Positions 47,108-56,136 of a stretch of 64,000 bases of DNA are shown here, one piece after another. Source of the stretch: an uncultured Caulobacteraceae bacterium (lineage in GTDB: Bacteria; Pseudomonadota; Alphaproteobacteria; Caulobacterales; Caulobacteraceae); NCBI GenBank assembly GCA_964451265.1, contig CAYVHP010000077.1, positions 3,237 through 67,236 of the forward strand, written 5' to 3'. Position 1 is the first letter of the stretch. Every line of letters begins with the position of its first letter. The translations under genes and the position numbers were made by a program. Below the pieces are notes generated by a model. The model saw only the letters and a program-made list of their open reading frames with translations, was not told where the DNA came from and did no database searches.

Positions 47108-47506
47108 TCAGGCCAACAATACCGCCGACCCGCCCTGTTGAGCTATCAGGGAGACAGCTTTCTTGTCGAAGGAGACGAAGGTTTCGCCGCCCAGCCAGGC
47201 GCCTTCGTACGCTATGAGTCCATCAGCGAAGTCGCCGCCCGCTCTAAGTACCGCCAATCCGGCATCCACGGCGGGCCGATTGACGGCGACATTGGCGGTT
47301 TCCAGTAGGGCTTCAAGGGCGGCGCAAATGTCAGCCGGGCTCGTGTTGTAAACCCGGCGCAGCACCCAAACGAACTCGCACAGGCAAGGCAGGGAAACCG
47401 CGATAACCTCTGCCTCCTTGAGAAGCGTAGCGGCAGCCTGGGCCTGTTTTGCGTCATCTCTGACCGCGGCGCGGACAAGGATGTTGGTGTCGACTGTGAC
47501 CTTCAC
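47108..47506 (-). CDS. vapC: PIN-domain toxin VapC
   Basis: The GTG at 47506 overlaps the antitoxin stop (GTGA). VTVDTNILVRA (first acidic residue), the later EFVWVL and DGLIA motifs fit the PIN fold. Confidence 0.85.
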   Translation of the reverse strand: MKVTVDTNILVRAAVRDDAKQAQAAATLLKEAEVIAVSLPCLCEFVWVLRRVYNTSPADICAALEALLETANVAVNRPAVDAGLAVLRAGGDFADGLIAYEGAWLGGETFVSFDKKAVSLIAQQGGSAVLLA

Positions 47507-47754
47507 TCCCGCCCGGCCCAGCCGGCCGCTGCCGCCTCGTTGATTTCGTCGATTGTTGCCACTTTCGTGGTTTTGTCGGCAAGCAAGCCCAAGAAGCCAT
47601 CTATCGCGCCCGTCGGTCTGGCCGCCTTGAGCGCCACTCGGCCATCCGGCAATTTGTTCAATTCGATCTTTTCGCCCGGCCGAATTCCGAGGTGCTGCAG
47701 AACGTCCCTGCGGAATGTGACCTGGCCCCGGGCGGTGACCGTCAACGTTGTCAT
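47503..47754 (-). CDS. vapB: AbrB/MazE/SpoVT-type antitoxin VapB
   Basis: 83 aa. MTTLTVTARGQVTFRRDVLQHLGIRPGEKIEL is a SpoVT/AbrB swapped-hairpin motif. Confidence 0.85.
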   Translation of the reverse strand: MTTLTVTARGQVTFRRDVLQHLGIRPGEKIELNKLPDGRVALKAARPTGAIDGFLGLLADKTTKVATIDEINEAAAAGWAGRE

Positions 47755-47822
47755 GGCTTGAGAGCTCCAGCCGCAAAGTCAGAAGATAATGTAAAAATGC
47801 ATTACCTGCAAGTTCAGGCCGC

Positions 47823-48584
47823 TCATCGCTTCAATCGTCCGTCGCTAAACGCCTCGGCCTCGAAGGGGAACAGCACATCAGCGTCCGGCATTTTCACGCC
47901 CTTGGCCTTCTTGGGCGCCGACAGGGTGTGCAGAAGATGGCGCATAACGTTGATGTGGGCGCGCTTCTTGTGGTCTGATTGAACACAGGTCCAAGGCGCG
48001 GCCGGGGTGTGGGTGCGCACCAGCATCTCGTTGCGGGCATGAGTGTAGTCGTCCCAGCGGATCTGGGCCTGCTTGTCCATCGGCCCCGTCTTGAGCCGTT
48101 TGAGCGGGTCGGTCAGCCGCTCTTGCAGGCGTTTGTGCTGCTCCTTCTTGGACACATCCAGCCAGTACTTGATCAGGCGGATGCCCGAGTCCGTCAGCAT
48201 CCGTTCAAAGGCGGGCGCGTCGACCAGGAATTGCTCCTGCTGCTCAGGGGTGGAGAAACCCATGACCTTGTCCACGCCGACACGATTGTACCAAGAGCGG
48301 TTGAACAGGACCCATTCGCCCGCCGCCGGCAGGTGGCGCACATAGCGCTGAAACCACCACAGGCTTTGTTCGCGATCCGACGGTTTGGGCAGGGCGATGA
48401 CGCGGGTGGCGCGCTGAGACAGGTGCTCAGTCAGATGACGGATGGTCCCATCCTTGCCGGCCGCATCGCGCCCCTCGAACACGATCACCGCCTTGTGTCC
48501 GCTGTCCATGGCGCGGATCTGGGCCTTGACCAGTTCGATGGACAGGTGGCGGAACTCGTCGTCGTCTTCCTCGGCTCGGCTCAT
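47823..48584 (-). CDS. ppk2: polyphosphate kinase 2
   Basis: 253 aa. Walker A-like FEGRDAAGKDG, and WWFQRY, FNRSWYNR motifs. Confidence 0.9.
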   Translation of the reverse strand: MSRAEEDDDEFRHLSIELVKAQIRAMDSGHKAVIVFEGRDAAGKDGTIRHLTEHLSQRATRVIALPKPSDREQSLWWFQRYVRHLPAAGEWVLFNRSWYNRVGVDKVMGFSTPEQQEQFLVDAPAFERMLTDSGIRLIKYWLDVSKKEQHKRLQERLTDPLKRLKTGPMDKQAQIRWDDYTHARNEMLVRTHTPAAPWTCVQSDHKKRAHINVMRHLLHTLSAPKKAKGVKMPDADVLFPFEAEAFSDGRLKR

Positions 48585-48658
48585 CGCGTCCTTTCTTTTG
48601 GTCAGCGTGGCTGTGAGAAATCATCGCAGTTTGAACGCCGCAGCCTTAAGAAGGCGCC

Positions 48659-49414
48659 ATGATCCGACTGTTTGTCGACGGCAATCTGGAAGCGGGCGCG
48701 CCGTTTGAGCCCCGGCCCGAACAGGCGCGTTACCTGACTCAGGTCATGCGCCTGGGCGTGGGCGCTGAGATTCTCGCATTCAACGGACGGGAGGGCGAAT
48801 GGCGCGCGCGTATCGCGCAGATGTCTAAGCGGGGCTGTCTGTTGGAGCCCACGGTTCAGACCCGGCCCCAGGCTGTCGGCCCTGACCTCGATCTGATCCT
48901 GGCCCTGGTCAAGCGCGGGCCGCTGGAGACCATCGTGGAGAAGGCGACCGAACTGGGCGCGCGCCGCATCCGCCTGGCGGTCACCCGCCGGACCAACGCC
49001 GACCGCGCCAACCTGAACCGGCTAAGAGCCATTGCTGCGGAGGCTGCGGAGCAGACCGGTCGGCTGGATGTTCCAGACATTCTGGAGCCCCAGAAGCTGG
49101 AGACCTTGCTGGAGGGCTGGGAAGAGGGGCGCAGGCTGATGTTCTGCGACGAGGCCGGCGATGATCCAACCGCCGAATGGGGCGGGCAAAGCGGCCGGGC
49201 GGGGCCGGCGCTACAGGGTCTGGCGGGCCGGACGGGCGGGCCTTGGGCGGTGTTGATCGGGCCTGAGGGCGGGTTTGATCCTTTGGAACGCGACCGCCTG
49301 CGCGCCTTGCCCTTTGTCGCGCCGGTGTCGCTTGGGCCGCGCATATTGCGCGCCGATACGGCCGCGATCAGCGCCCTGACGCTGTGGCAGGCGATGCTGG
49401 GCGACTGGCGTTGA
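48659..49414 (+). CDS. rsmE: 16S rRNA (uracil1498-N3)-methyltransferase
   Basis: 251 aa. MIRLFVDG... N-terminal PUA-like region. C-terminal SPOUT knot IGPEGGF ... LGPRILRADTA. Confidence 0.9.
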   Translation: MIRLFVDGNLEAGAPFEPRPEQARYLTQVMRLGVGAEILAFNGREGEWRARIAQMSKRGCLLEPTVQTRPQAVGPDLDLILALVKRGPLETIVEKATELGARRIRLAVTRRTNADRANLNRLRAIAAEAAEQTGRLDVPDILEPQKLETLLEGWEEGRRLMFCDEAGDDPTAEWGGQSGRAGPALQGLAGRTGGPWAVLIGPEGGFDPLERDRLRALPFVAPVSLGPRILRADTAAISALTLWQAMLGDWR

Positions 49415-49522
49415 TCGGCGCAGCCTCTTGAGCTTGGGCCGCAAGGCTCTTAACTGCGCTGTGTCGGGCGCAACGTAGTGGCCCTCGCGTCATTTCCGAT
49501 GGCGGGGATTTGGGAGTAGGGC

Positions 49523-50878
49523 ATGGCTGCAGCCTCGATAGACGACAGGCCGCTGACCACCGAAGGGCTGGCCGAGCATTTGGCCGCTGGGTGCAAGCCC
49601 GATGGTCCGTTCCTGATCGGCGCGGAACACGAGAAATTTGTCTTCCACACCGGCTCTCATTCGCCCGTGCCCTATGCGCCGGACGGCATTCTGGCTTTGT
49701 TGGAGGGGCTCCAGCAGTTCGGCTGGAAAGGCGTCTACGAGGGCGAGACCCTGATCGCCCTGCAAAGGGGCAAGGCCAGCGTTAGCCTGGAGCCGGCCGG
49801 GCAGTTTGAGCTGTCGGGCGCGCCGCTGGAGTCGATCCACGAGATCTGTGCTGAAACCCGTCAGCATCTGAGCGAGGTCAAGGCCGTGGCCGATCCCCTC
49901 GGCATCGGCTTTCTGGGCCTGGGCTTCACGCCCACATGGCGGCGCGAGGACTGCCCCATCATGCCTAAGCAGCGCTACGGCATCATGCGCGCCTACATGC
50001 CCAAGGTCGGCGGCCAGGGCCTGGACATGATGCTGCGCACCTGCACGGTGCAGGCCAATCTCGACTTCGCTTCCGAAGCCGACATGGTCAAGAAATTCCG
50101 CGTCAGCCTGGCGCTGCAACCGATCGCCACGGCTCTTTTCGCCAATTCGCCTTTCGTGGAAGGCAAGCCTTCGGGGCTTTTGTCCAGCCGCGCCAATGTG
50201 TGGACCGACACCGATCCGGACCGGACGGGCATGCTGGATTTCGTGTTCCAGCCGGGGTTCGGCTTTGAGACCTACGCGCGTTATGCGCTCGACGTGCCCA
50301 TGTATTTCGTCAAACGCGGCGAGCGGTACATCGACACCGCCGGCCGTTCCTTCCGCGCCTTCATGCAGGGCGAACTTCCCGAGCTGCCGGGCGAGCGCGC
50401 CACACTGGGCGACTGGGCCGACCATTTGACCACTATCTTCCCTGAGGTGCGGCTCAAGCAGTACCTGGAGATGCGCGGCGCGGATTCAGGCCCGGCCAAC
50501 CGCATCTGCGCCCTGCCGGCGCTGTGGGCGGGCCTGCTGTACGACAGCGTGGCCTTGGAGTCCGCGTGGAGCCTTTGCAAGGACTGGACGCCCGAGCAAA
50601 GGGCTCAGTTGCGACAGGACGCGGCGCGCACCGGCTTGAAGGGCGAGATCGGATCGCGCACGGTGCAGGGCGTGGCGCGCGACATGGTGGCCATCGCCAA
50701 GAGCGGCCTGCGTCGCCGGGCCAAGCTGAACGCCAACGGCAACGACGAGACCGGTTTCCTCAGCGAACTGGAAGAGATCGCCGACAGCGGGATCACGCCG
50801 GCCGAACGGCTGCTCGAGCTGTATAACGGCCCCTGGCAGGGGGATGCGGGCCGCGCCTACGAGGACCTCGCCTATTAG
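49523..50878 (+). CDS. gshA: glutamate--cysteine ligase (plant/alphaproteobacterial GCS2 type)
   Basis: GGGAG lies upstream of the ATG at 49523. IGAEHEKF, LEPAGQFELSGAP, and FPEVRLKQYLEMRGAD motifs. Confidence 0.9.
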   Translation: MAAASIDDRPLTTEGLAEHLAAGCKPDGPFLIGAEHEKFVFHTGSHSPVPYAPDGILALLEGLQQFGWKGVYEGETLIALQRGKASVSLEPAGQFELSGAPLESIHEICAETRQHLSEVKAVADPLGIGFLGLGFTPTWRREDCPIMPKQRYGIMRAYMPKVGGQGLDMMLRTCTVQANLDFASEADMVKKFRVSLALQPIATALFANSPFVEGKPSGLLSSRANVWTDTDPDRTGMLDFVFQPGFGFETYARYALDVPMYFVKRGERYIDTAGRSFRAFMQGELPELPGERATLGDWADHLTTIFPEVRLKQYLEMRGADSGPANRICALPALWAGLLYDSVALESAWSLCKDWTPEQRAQLRQDAARTGLKGEIGSRTVQGVARDMVAIAKSGLRRRAKLNANGNDETGFLSELEEIADSGITPAERLLELYNGPWQGDAGRAYEDLAY

Positions 50879-50890
50879 GGCGAGGTGAAC

Positions 50891-51012
50891 AGATTATTGA
50901 ACCACCAAGCTCACGAAGATCACCAAGAGCGCGTTGTTTCCTTGGTGTCCTTGGTGAGCTTGGTGGTTCAATAATCTTGCTCCCGGCTTGCGCCGGGTGA
51001 GACCTGATGAAG
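50891..51012. repeat. composite palindromic intergenic repeat, copy C (best preserved)
   Basis: Perfect 22-bp inverted repeat ATTATTGAACCACCAAGCTCAC (50893-50914) with GTGAGCTTGGTGGTTCAATAAT (50954-50975). The inner modules are imperfect. This is followed by CTTGCT and the hairpin CCCGGC-TTGC-GCCGGG (50982-50997). Confidence 0.8.
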
Positions 51013-51026
51013 CGGATCGATAAGGC

Positions 51027-51419
51027 CTAAGGATGGACCGCGTGGGGCTCCATGGCTTCTTCGCCGGGCGCTCGCTGGTAGATTTCGACCTTGTCTGGGT
51101 AGAAGGCCAGATAGCCCTTTAGGGCCAGGACGGCGGGGATCGGGTCCTCGTAGCTCCACACCGCGTTTTCAGCGATTTGATCGTCCTTGGTCAGGGTGAA
51201 GTAGCTGGCCTTGCCCTTGTAGGGGCAGCGCGTGCGGTGGTCGGTTTTGCTCAACAGGTCCATCACCACGTCCTCGCGCGGGAAGTACTGCACCGGCTCA
51301 AGTCCCGTCTCCAGCACTGTCAAGGCGTGATTGGTGTCGGCGATGACATGCCCGGCGAACATGGCTCTGACGCTGTGTAGGTTGGCCTTGATGCGCACGG
51401 TGTGGGGGGCGGGTGTCAT
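51027..51419 (-). CDS. DUF427 domain protein
   Basis: 130 aa. The pattern recalled for DUF427 (...QYFPREDV..., CPYKGKASYF). Confidence 0.8.
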   Translation of the reverse strand: MTPAPHTVRIKANLHSVRAMFAGHVIADTNHALTVLETGLEPVQYFPREDVVMDLLSKTDHRTRCPYKGKASYFTLTKDDQIAENAVWSYEDPIPAVLALKGYLAFYPDKVEIYQRAPGEEAMEPHAVHP

Positions 51420-51430
51420 TATTTAGCTCC

Positions 51431-53449
51431 TCAGGGTGTTTGAACGTCCGGCCGGGCGGTTCGCTCCGCGCCCTTTTCCGCCAGCCGTCCGGTCCAATAA
51501 TAGAGCGCCGCCAGGGCGATCACACAGCCCGCCGCGCCCAAGGCCTGACCATGCCCTCCGGTCGGGTCCTTGCCGAAAACGGCGAGGGGATCGCCTTTGT
51601 GGGTGGCGATAGCCAATCCTGCCAGAGCCACCGCCATCAAGCTTTCGCCGACCACCAGGCCCGAGGCCAGCAATACGCCGAGGTTTCGGGCGGCCGCGCC
51701 CCAGGGCTTGGTCCGCACCCAGCGGTCATAGATCCAGCCGATGACGGCGCCCAGCACCACCGGAGTGACGACATCGGGCGGCAAATAGATGGCGAGGGCC
51801 GCGGCCAGGGGCGGCAGGCTGAGCTTGGGCGTGGTTCGGCGCAGGGTCTCGTCCACGAGAACCAGACCCAGGCCGATGGCCAGGCCAATACCGATCAGGC
51901 TCCAGTTCAGACCGCCTTCGATCACGCCGCGCGCCAGGGTCGAGATTAGCGTGGCCTGAGGCGCTTGGAGCGGCGTGTCGGAAATCGCATGGCCGGCTAC
52001 GCCGACGAAGCCATTGGATTTCAGCAGCAGGTTGCAGGTCCAGGGAATGACGAGGGAGCCGGCGAACACGCCGACAATCAGGGCGACCTGTTGTCGCCAG
52101 GGGGTGGCGCCGACCAGCTGTCCGGTCTTCAGGTCCTGCAGATTGTCGTTGGCGGCTGTGGCCACGGTCACCAGCAAGGCAGTGACCAGCAGGGAGAAGG
52201 CCACCAGGGCGTGAGTTCCGGACGGACCGACTGTGGCCTTGACCAGCAAGACCAGCAGTAGCGCCGCGCCCAGGACCCCGAGGATGGCCAGGCCCGAGAC
52301 GGGGCTGTTGGAGGAGCCGATGAGCCCGGCCATGTAACCGCAGACTGCAGCCGTCAGAAAGCCGACCACGGCCACATAGGCCAGGGCGCCGATCATCAGC
52401 GGGACGATCATGGATTGCAGTTGCGCGCCGGCGGGAACGGCCAGGAAGGCGTGCATCAGCCAGGCCATGGGCGCTAGGCACCCCAGGCATACCAGCCCGA
52501 CGATCCAGATCGGTATATCGTGCTCGGCCAAGTCATAGGGCGTTTCGGGGGACCTGCGGACGGCGGCGAGGGCCGATAACAGGCCGGTCCAGACCGGGAC
52601 CGCCAGCTTGGCCAGGGTCCACAGGGCGGCTGCGGCGATGGTTCCGGCGCCGATCAGCTTGACCTGGCTCTTCCAGACCGCCCGGGCCATAGCTTCGGCC
52701 TCTCCGGCCATGGGGTGCGCGGCGGTCAGCAACGGAACGGCCACGCCCCAGGCAATGATCAGGCCCACCGCCATGGCCGCGCCCACCGCTATGCCCATCA
52801 ATTGGCCGACGCCGATCAGCAGGAAGGAATAGCCGCCGCCGATACCTGTAGCTGAGGTGGCGGTCGGGCGAAAAAAGCGGGAAAAGCCGTCGGCGAACAG
52901 CTTCATGGAGACCAGCAGGATCAAGCCGGCGGAGGCTGCCGCCCCCACGACCAAGGCCTTGAAACCGTCCTGACCCTCACCGGCCGCCTCACGCCTGGCC
53001 ATGCCGACCTTGAGCACCTCGGCGGCGGCGACGCCTTCGGGGTAGGGCAGGTCCGATTGGGTCACCAGGGCCCGGCGCAGGGGAATGGTGTACATCACGC
53101 CTAGCACCCCGCCGATGGCGCAGATGCCGAAGGAGGTCCAGAACGGGAAGCCGGTCCACCAACCGACCATGAGCAGGCCCGGCAGGACAAAGATCACCGC
53201 CGACAGGGCCCCGGCGACGGAGGCTGTCGTTTGGACGATGTTGTTCTCCCATACGGTCGAACTGCGAAAGACGCGCAGGGCAGCCATGGAAATGACCGCT
53301 GCGGGAATGGTGGTTGAGAAGGTGAGGGCGACCTTCAGACCGGCGTAGACGTTGGCGGCGGTGAAGAAGACCGTGATCACGCAGCCCAGCAGCAGGCCGC
53401 GTATGGTCAATTCAACGCGGGCCTTGTCCGCGGCGGCGGGGTCAGTCAT
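51431..53449 (-). CDS. OPT family oligopeptide transporter
   Basis: ATG at 53449 (MTDPAAADKARVELTIRGLLLG...). Polytopic throughout, about 16 hydrophobic segments, with OPT-like motifs. Confidence 0.85.
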   Translation of the reverse strand: MTDPAAADKARVELTIRGLLLGCVITVFFTAANVYAGLKVALTFSTTIPAAVISMAALRVFRSSTVWENNIVQTTASVAGALSAVIFVLPGLLMVGWWTGFPFWTSFGICAIGGVLGVMYTIPLRRALVTQSDLPYPEGVAAAEVLKVGMARREAAGEGQDGFKALVVGAAASAGLILLVSMKLFADGFSRFFRPTATSATGIGGGYSFLLIGVGQLMGIAVGAAMAVGLIIAWGVAVPLLTAAHPMAGEAEAMARAVWKSQVKLIGAGTIAAAALWTLAKLAVPVWTGLLSALAAVRRSPETPYDLAEHDIPIWIVGLVCLGCLAPMAWLMHAFLAVPAGAQLQSMIVPLMIGALAYVAVVGFLTAAVCGYMAGLIGSSNSPVSGLAILGVLGAALLLVLLVKATVGPSGTHALVAFSLLVTALLVTVATAANDNLQDLKTGQLVGATPWRQQVALIVGVFAGSLVIPWTCNLLLKSNGFVGVAGHAISDTPLQAPQATLISTLARGVIEGGLNWSLIGIGLAIGLGLVLVDETLRRTTPKLSLPPLAAALAIYLPPDVVTPVVLGAVIGWIYDRWVRTKPWGAAARNLGVLLASGLVVGESLMAVALAGLAIATHKGDPLAVFGKDPTGGHGQALGAAGCVIALAALYYWTGRLAEKGAERTARPDVQTP

Positions 53450-53604
53450 GCGCGGCGGTGCTCCAGCGATGCCCAGCAGTGCCAGACTTGGGCGTTGCTG
53501 GAAACCTCGCGCAAAGCAGGGTGTCAAGCCAACGACTACGAAATGACTTGCACACGGCCCGCCATGTCCGACCATGGCCTCCAGACTGCGAAGAGGGTGA
53601 CCCG

Positions 53605-53973
53605 ATGCGACTGCTGCTGAACATCCTGTGGTTCATTCTGGGCGGATGGATTTCCGGCACGCTTTGGCTGCTGGCGGGGGCGATCCTGGCCTGCACCATA
53701 ATCGGCCTGCCCTGGACGCCGGCGGCGTTCCGCATGGGCTTTTTCAGCTATGCGCCCTTCGGCAAGACGATCGAGGAGGGTCACAGCGGCCCGACCAGCC
53801 TGGTCCTCAACGTGGTGTGGTTTGTCCTGGCCGGTTGGTGGCTGGCCCTGCACCACCTCGTCCTCGCCGTGGCGCTAGCGGCGACGATCATCGGCATTCC
53901 CTTCGCCTGGCAGCACTTGAAGCTAGCGGCGATCTCCTTCGCTCCGGTCGGCCGGACGGTGGTGGAGGCCTAG
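53605..53973 (+). CDS. YccF domain inner membrane protein
   Basis: GAGGGTGA lies upstream of the ATG at 53605. Duplicated motif NILWFILGGW / NVVWFVLAGWW with IGLPW / IGIPF. Confidence 0.8.
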   Translation: MRLLLNILWFILGGWISGTLWLLAGAILACTIIGLPWTPAAFRMGFFSYAPFGKTIEEGHSGPTSLVLNVVWFVLAGWWLALHHLVLAVALAATIIGIPFAWQHLKLAAISFAPVGRTVVEA

Positions 53974-55028
53974 CCGGCCGTCACGGGCGGACTGGGCGCG
54001 GTCGTCGGGGCGGGCGCCGGCGCGGGTCTTGAGGCCAGATAAGCGCAGACGTTGGTCATGTCGTCCGCCGACAGCTTAGCCACAATCGGCTTCATCAAGA
54101 CGGCCAATTCGCCGTTTCGCGTGCCTTGTTTGATGTCATTGAGCTGACGGCAGATGTAGCTGGGCGAACGCGCGGCAATGCCGGGGAACGAACCGTTGCC
54201 GTTGAGATCCGCGCCGTGGCAGGTGCCGCAAGGGGCGAACTGGCCGCCCTTGCCGGTCATGACGATGTCCTTGCCCTTGGCCACCGAGCCCGGCGGAACA
54301 TAGGCGATGAAGGGCGAGCGGGAGTCGCGCAGAACATCGGTGCCCATGGGATCGACCGGCACCTCCACAATCCGGTTGCCCAGGGGCTCGGTTCCGGCGT
54401 CGGGTCCGGTCAGGGGCAGGTAGAGCCCGCCGTTGCTGCGCACCTTGGGCGCGGTGTCGGTCTCGACCACCTTGATCCAAGGCGTCCAGGGGATCGACGA
54501 GAAATAATCAGCGGCGGCGTTGATTTCGTCCTCAGTGAGAGCCTTGGCGTAGCCGTACATGACCTTGGCGTTGGTCTTGAGCGGCTCGGCGGACACGCGC
54601 CGACCGGCCGCCATGTCGTGCAACTGCCTGACGATATAGTCCTTGGGCAGGCCGGAGACCCCGGCGTTTTCCGAACGGCCCTTGCCGTTGGGATAGTGGC
54701 ACAACGAACAGGGTCCGATCTTGCGCGAGCCCCCTGCGCCTTCTGCGACGATCTTGGGCATGGGCGGGTGATCGCCGGGATACCAATCGGCGGGCGCCCG
54801 ATGTCCCGGGCGGGGATCGCGCCCTCGAATTTCGGTCAGGGTAAAGGCGCCGGCCGAGCCCGGCCGGGTGTAGACCTTGCCATCGTCGGGCGTCTGTTTG
54901 TTTTTGACGGTGGAGACGCCATAGGCCCATTCGGGCTGTTGAAGTTTGGGGCCTCGATGCCAAAGCAGAGCAGCGGCGACTCCCGCGGCGACGATGACAA
55001 CGATGATGCCAATGGCGCGCTTTTTCAT
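53970..55028 (-). CDS. dihaem c-type cytochrome, membrane anchored
   Basis: 352 aa with an N-terminal TM. Two CXXCH motifs (CSLCH, CGTCH). Confidence 0.8.
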   Translation of the reverse strand: MKKRAIGIIVVIVAAGVAAALLWHRGPKLQQPEWAYGVSTVKNKQTPDDGKVYTRPGSAGAFTLTEIRGRDPRPGHRAPADWYPGDHPPMPKIVAEGAGGSRKIGPCSLCHYPNGKGRSENAGVSGLPKDYIVRQLHDMAAGRRVSAEPLKTNAKVMYGYAKALTEDEINAAADYFSSIPWTPWIKVVETDTAPKVRSNGGLYLPLTGPDAGTEPLGNRIVEVPVDPMGTDVLRDSRSPFIAYVPPGSVAKGKDIVMTGKGGQFAPCGTCHGADLNGNGSFPGIAARSPSYICRQLNDIKQGTRNGELAVLMKPIVAKLSADDMTNVCAYLASRPAPAPAPTTAPSPPVTAG

Positions 55029-55299
55029 TCGCCGTTCCCCCCAATATTATTCGACCGGCCAGATCATTCCATTGATGGAGACGGCCGGTTGTTCTCGACG
55101 AGCTTAGCATCGGCTTGGTGGCGGGCAAGAGCAGCCCAACGGCGGGCTGCCTTTCCACGTCTTTTCCCCCTATTTTCGCTCTGCCGATGGTTGTGTCTTC
55201 CAACCCATGCGGGTCTGTGGAAAGCTTGGCTTTGACCCCAGATGCACAGCTGCGCGGGAAGGGTCCAGGCAACATGGAATTTCGTAGAAGGGGCAAAAA

Positions 55300-56106
55300 A
55301 TGGCTAATATTGTCAATAAATTACGCCACAAGAAAGAGAAGGCCTATCACTACTTGGCGATTGTATCCGGCGCGGTTCTCTGGGTGTTGATCGGTTGGGG
55401 CATTCGAGCGGGGCTCACGAGCGGCAACCCGCAGATCGCCATAATGGTGGGGACCTACACAGCCTACGCGGTCTTGATCGGTGTCTTTGTGCTGGTTTCC
55501 AGCGCGGCCTATAGGGCCAGCGCCTTTGGCAATATGATCTTGTTGGGTCCGAAACAATTTCCCGAGCTCCATGCCATGGTGCAGGCTGGGGCAAAGGACC
55601 TGGGGCTAAGCGAACCGCCTAAGGCCTTTCTCTATAATTCCAATGGCCTGTTCAACGCCTTCGCGCGCCGTTTGCTGGGCGGCCGATATATCTTCCTGAC
55701 GTCCGCCTTGGTGGAGGCCAATAGCGATGAGCAGGTCCGCTTCGTCATTGGTCACGAGATCGGCCACCACGCGGCGGGCCACCTCAATCCGTGGCTGAAT
55801 TTCGTGAAACTGCCGGCCCACTTCGTACCGTTTCTGATGAGGGCCTATTCGCGATCGCGCGAGTACAGCTGCGACAGCATCGGCGCCTATATTTCGAAGG
55901 ATGTGGCGGCCTCACGCAGCGCCTTGCAGATGCTGGGCTGCGGTTGCCGGCGGCTTAACGGCGCTATGAACTGTGAGGCCTTCATGGCCCAGGAGGACAT
56001 GGTCCCTCCGATCTTCGGTTTCCTCACAGAAATCTTCCGCAGCCATCCGCGCCTGACCCGCCGAGTCGCGGCGATCAAGAGCGGTAAGGCGGTAGCGGAT
56101 GGGTGA
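55300..56106 (+). CDS. M48 family metallopeptidase
   Basis: GAAGGGG lies upstream of the ATG at 55300. Two N-terminal TM segments and the zinc motif HEIGHH. Confidence 0.8.
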   Translation: MANIVNKLRHKKEKAYHYLAIVSGAVLWVLIGWGIRAGLTSGNPQIAIMVGTYTAYAVLIGVFVLVSSAAYRASAFGNMILLGPKQFPELHAMVQAGAKDLGLSEPPKAFLYNSNGLFNAFARRLLGGRYIFLTSALVEANSDEQVRFVIGHEIGHHAAGHLNPWLNFVKLPAHFVPFLMRAYSRSREYSCDSIGAYISKDVAASRSALQMLGCGCRRLNGAMNCEAFMAQEDMVPPIFGFLTEIFRSHPRLTRRVAAIKSGKAVADG

Positions 56107-56136
56107 TCCGCCAGGGACGACGGCGGGGGCCTTGGC

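Noticed and set aside
49490-50425. 311-aa minus-strand ORF
   Set aside because: It is antisense to gshA. This is a shadow ORF.
54126-55235. 369-aa plus-strand ORF
   Set aside because: It is antisense to the dihaem cytochrome c gene, whose CXXCH motifs are on the minus strand. This is a shadow ORF.
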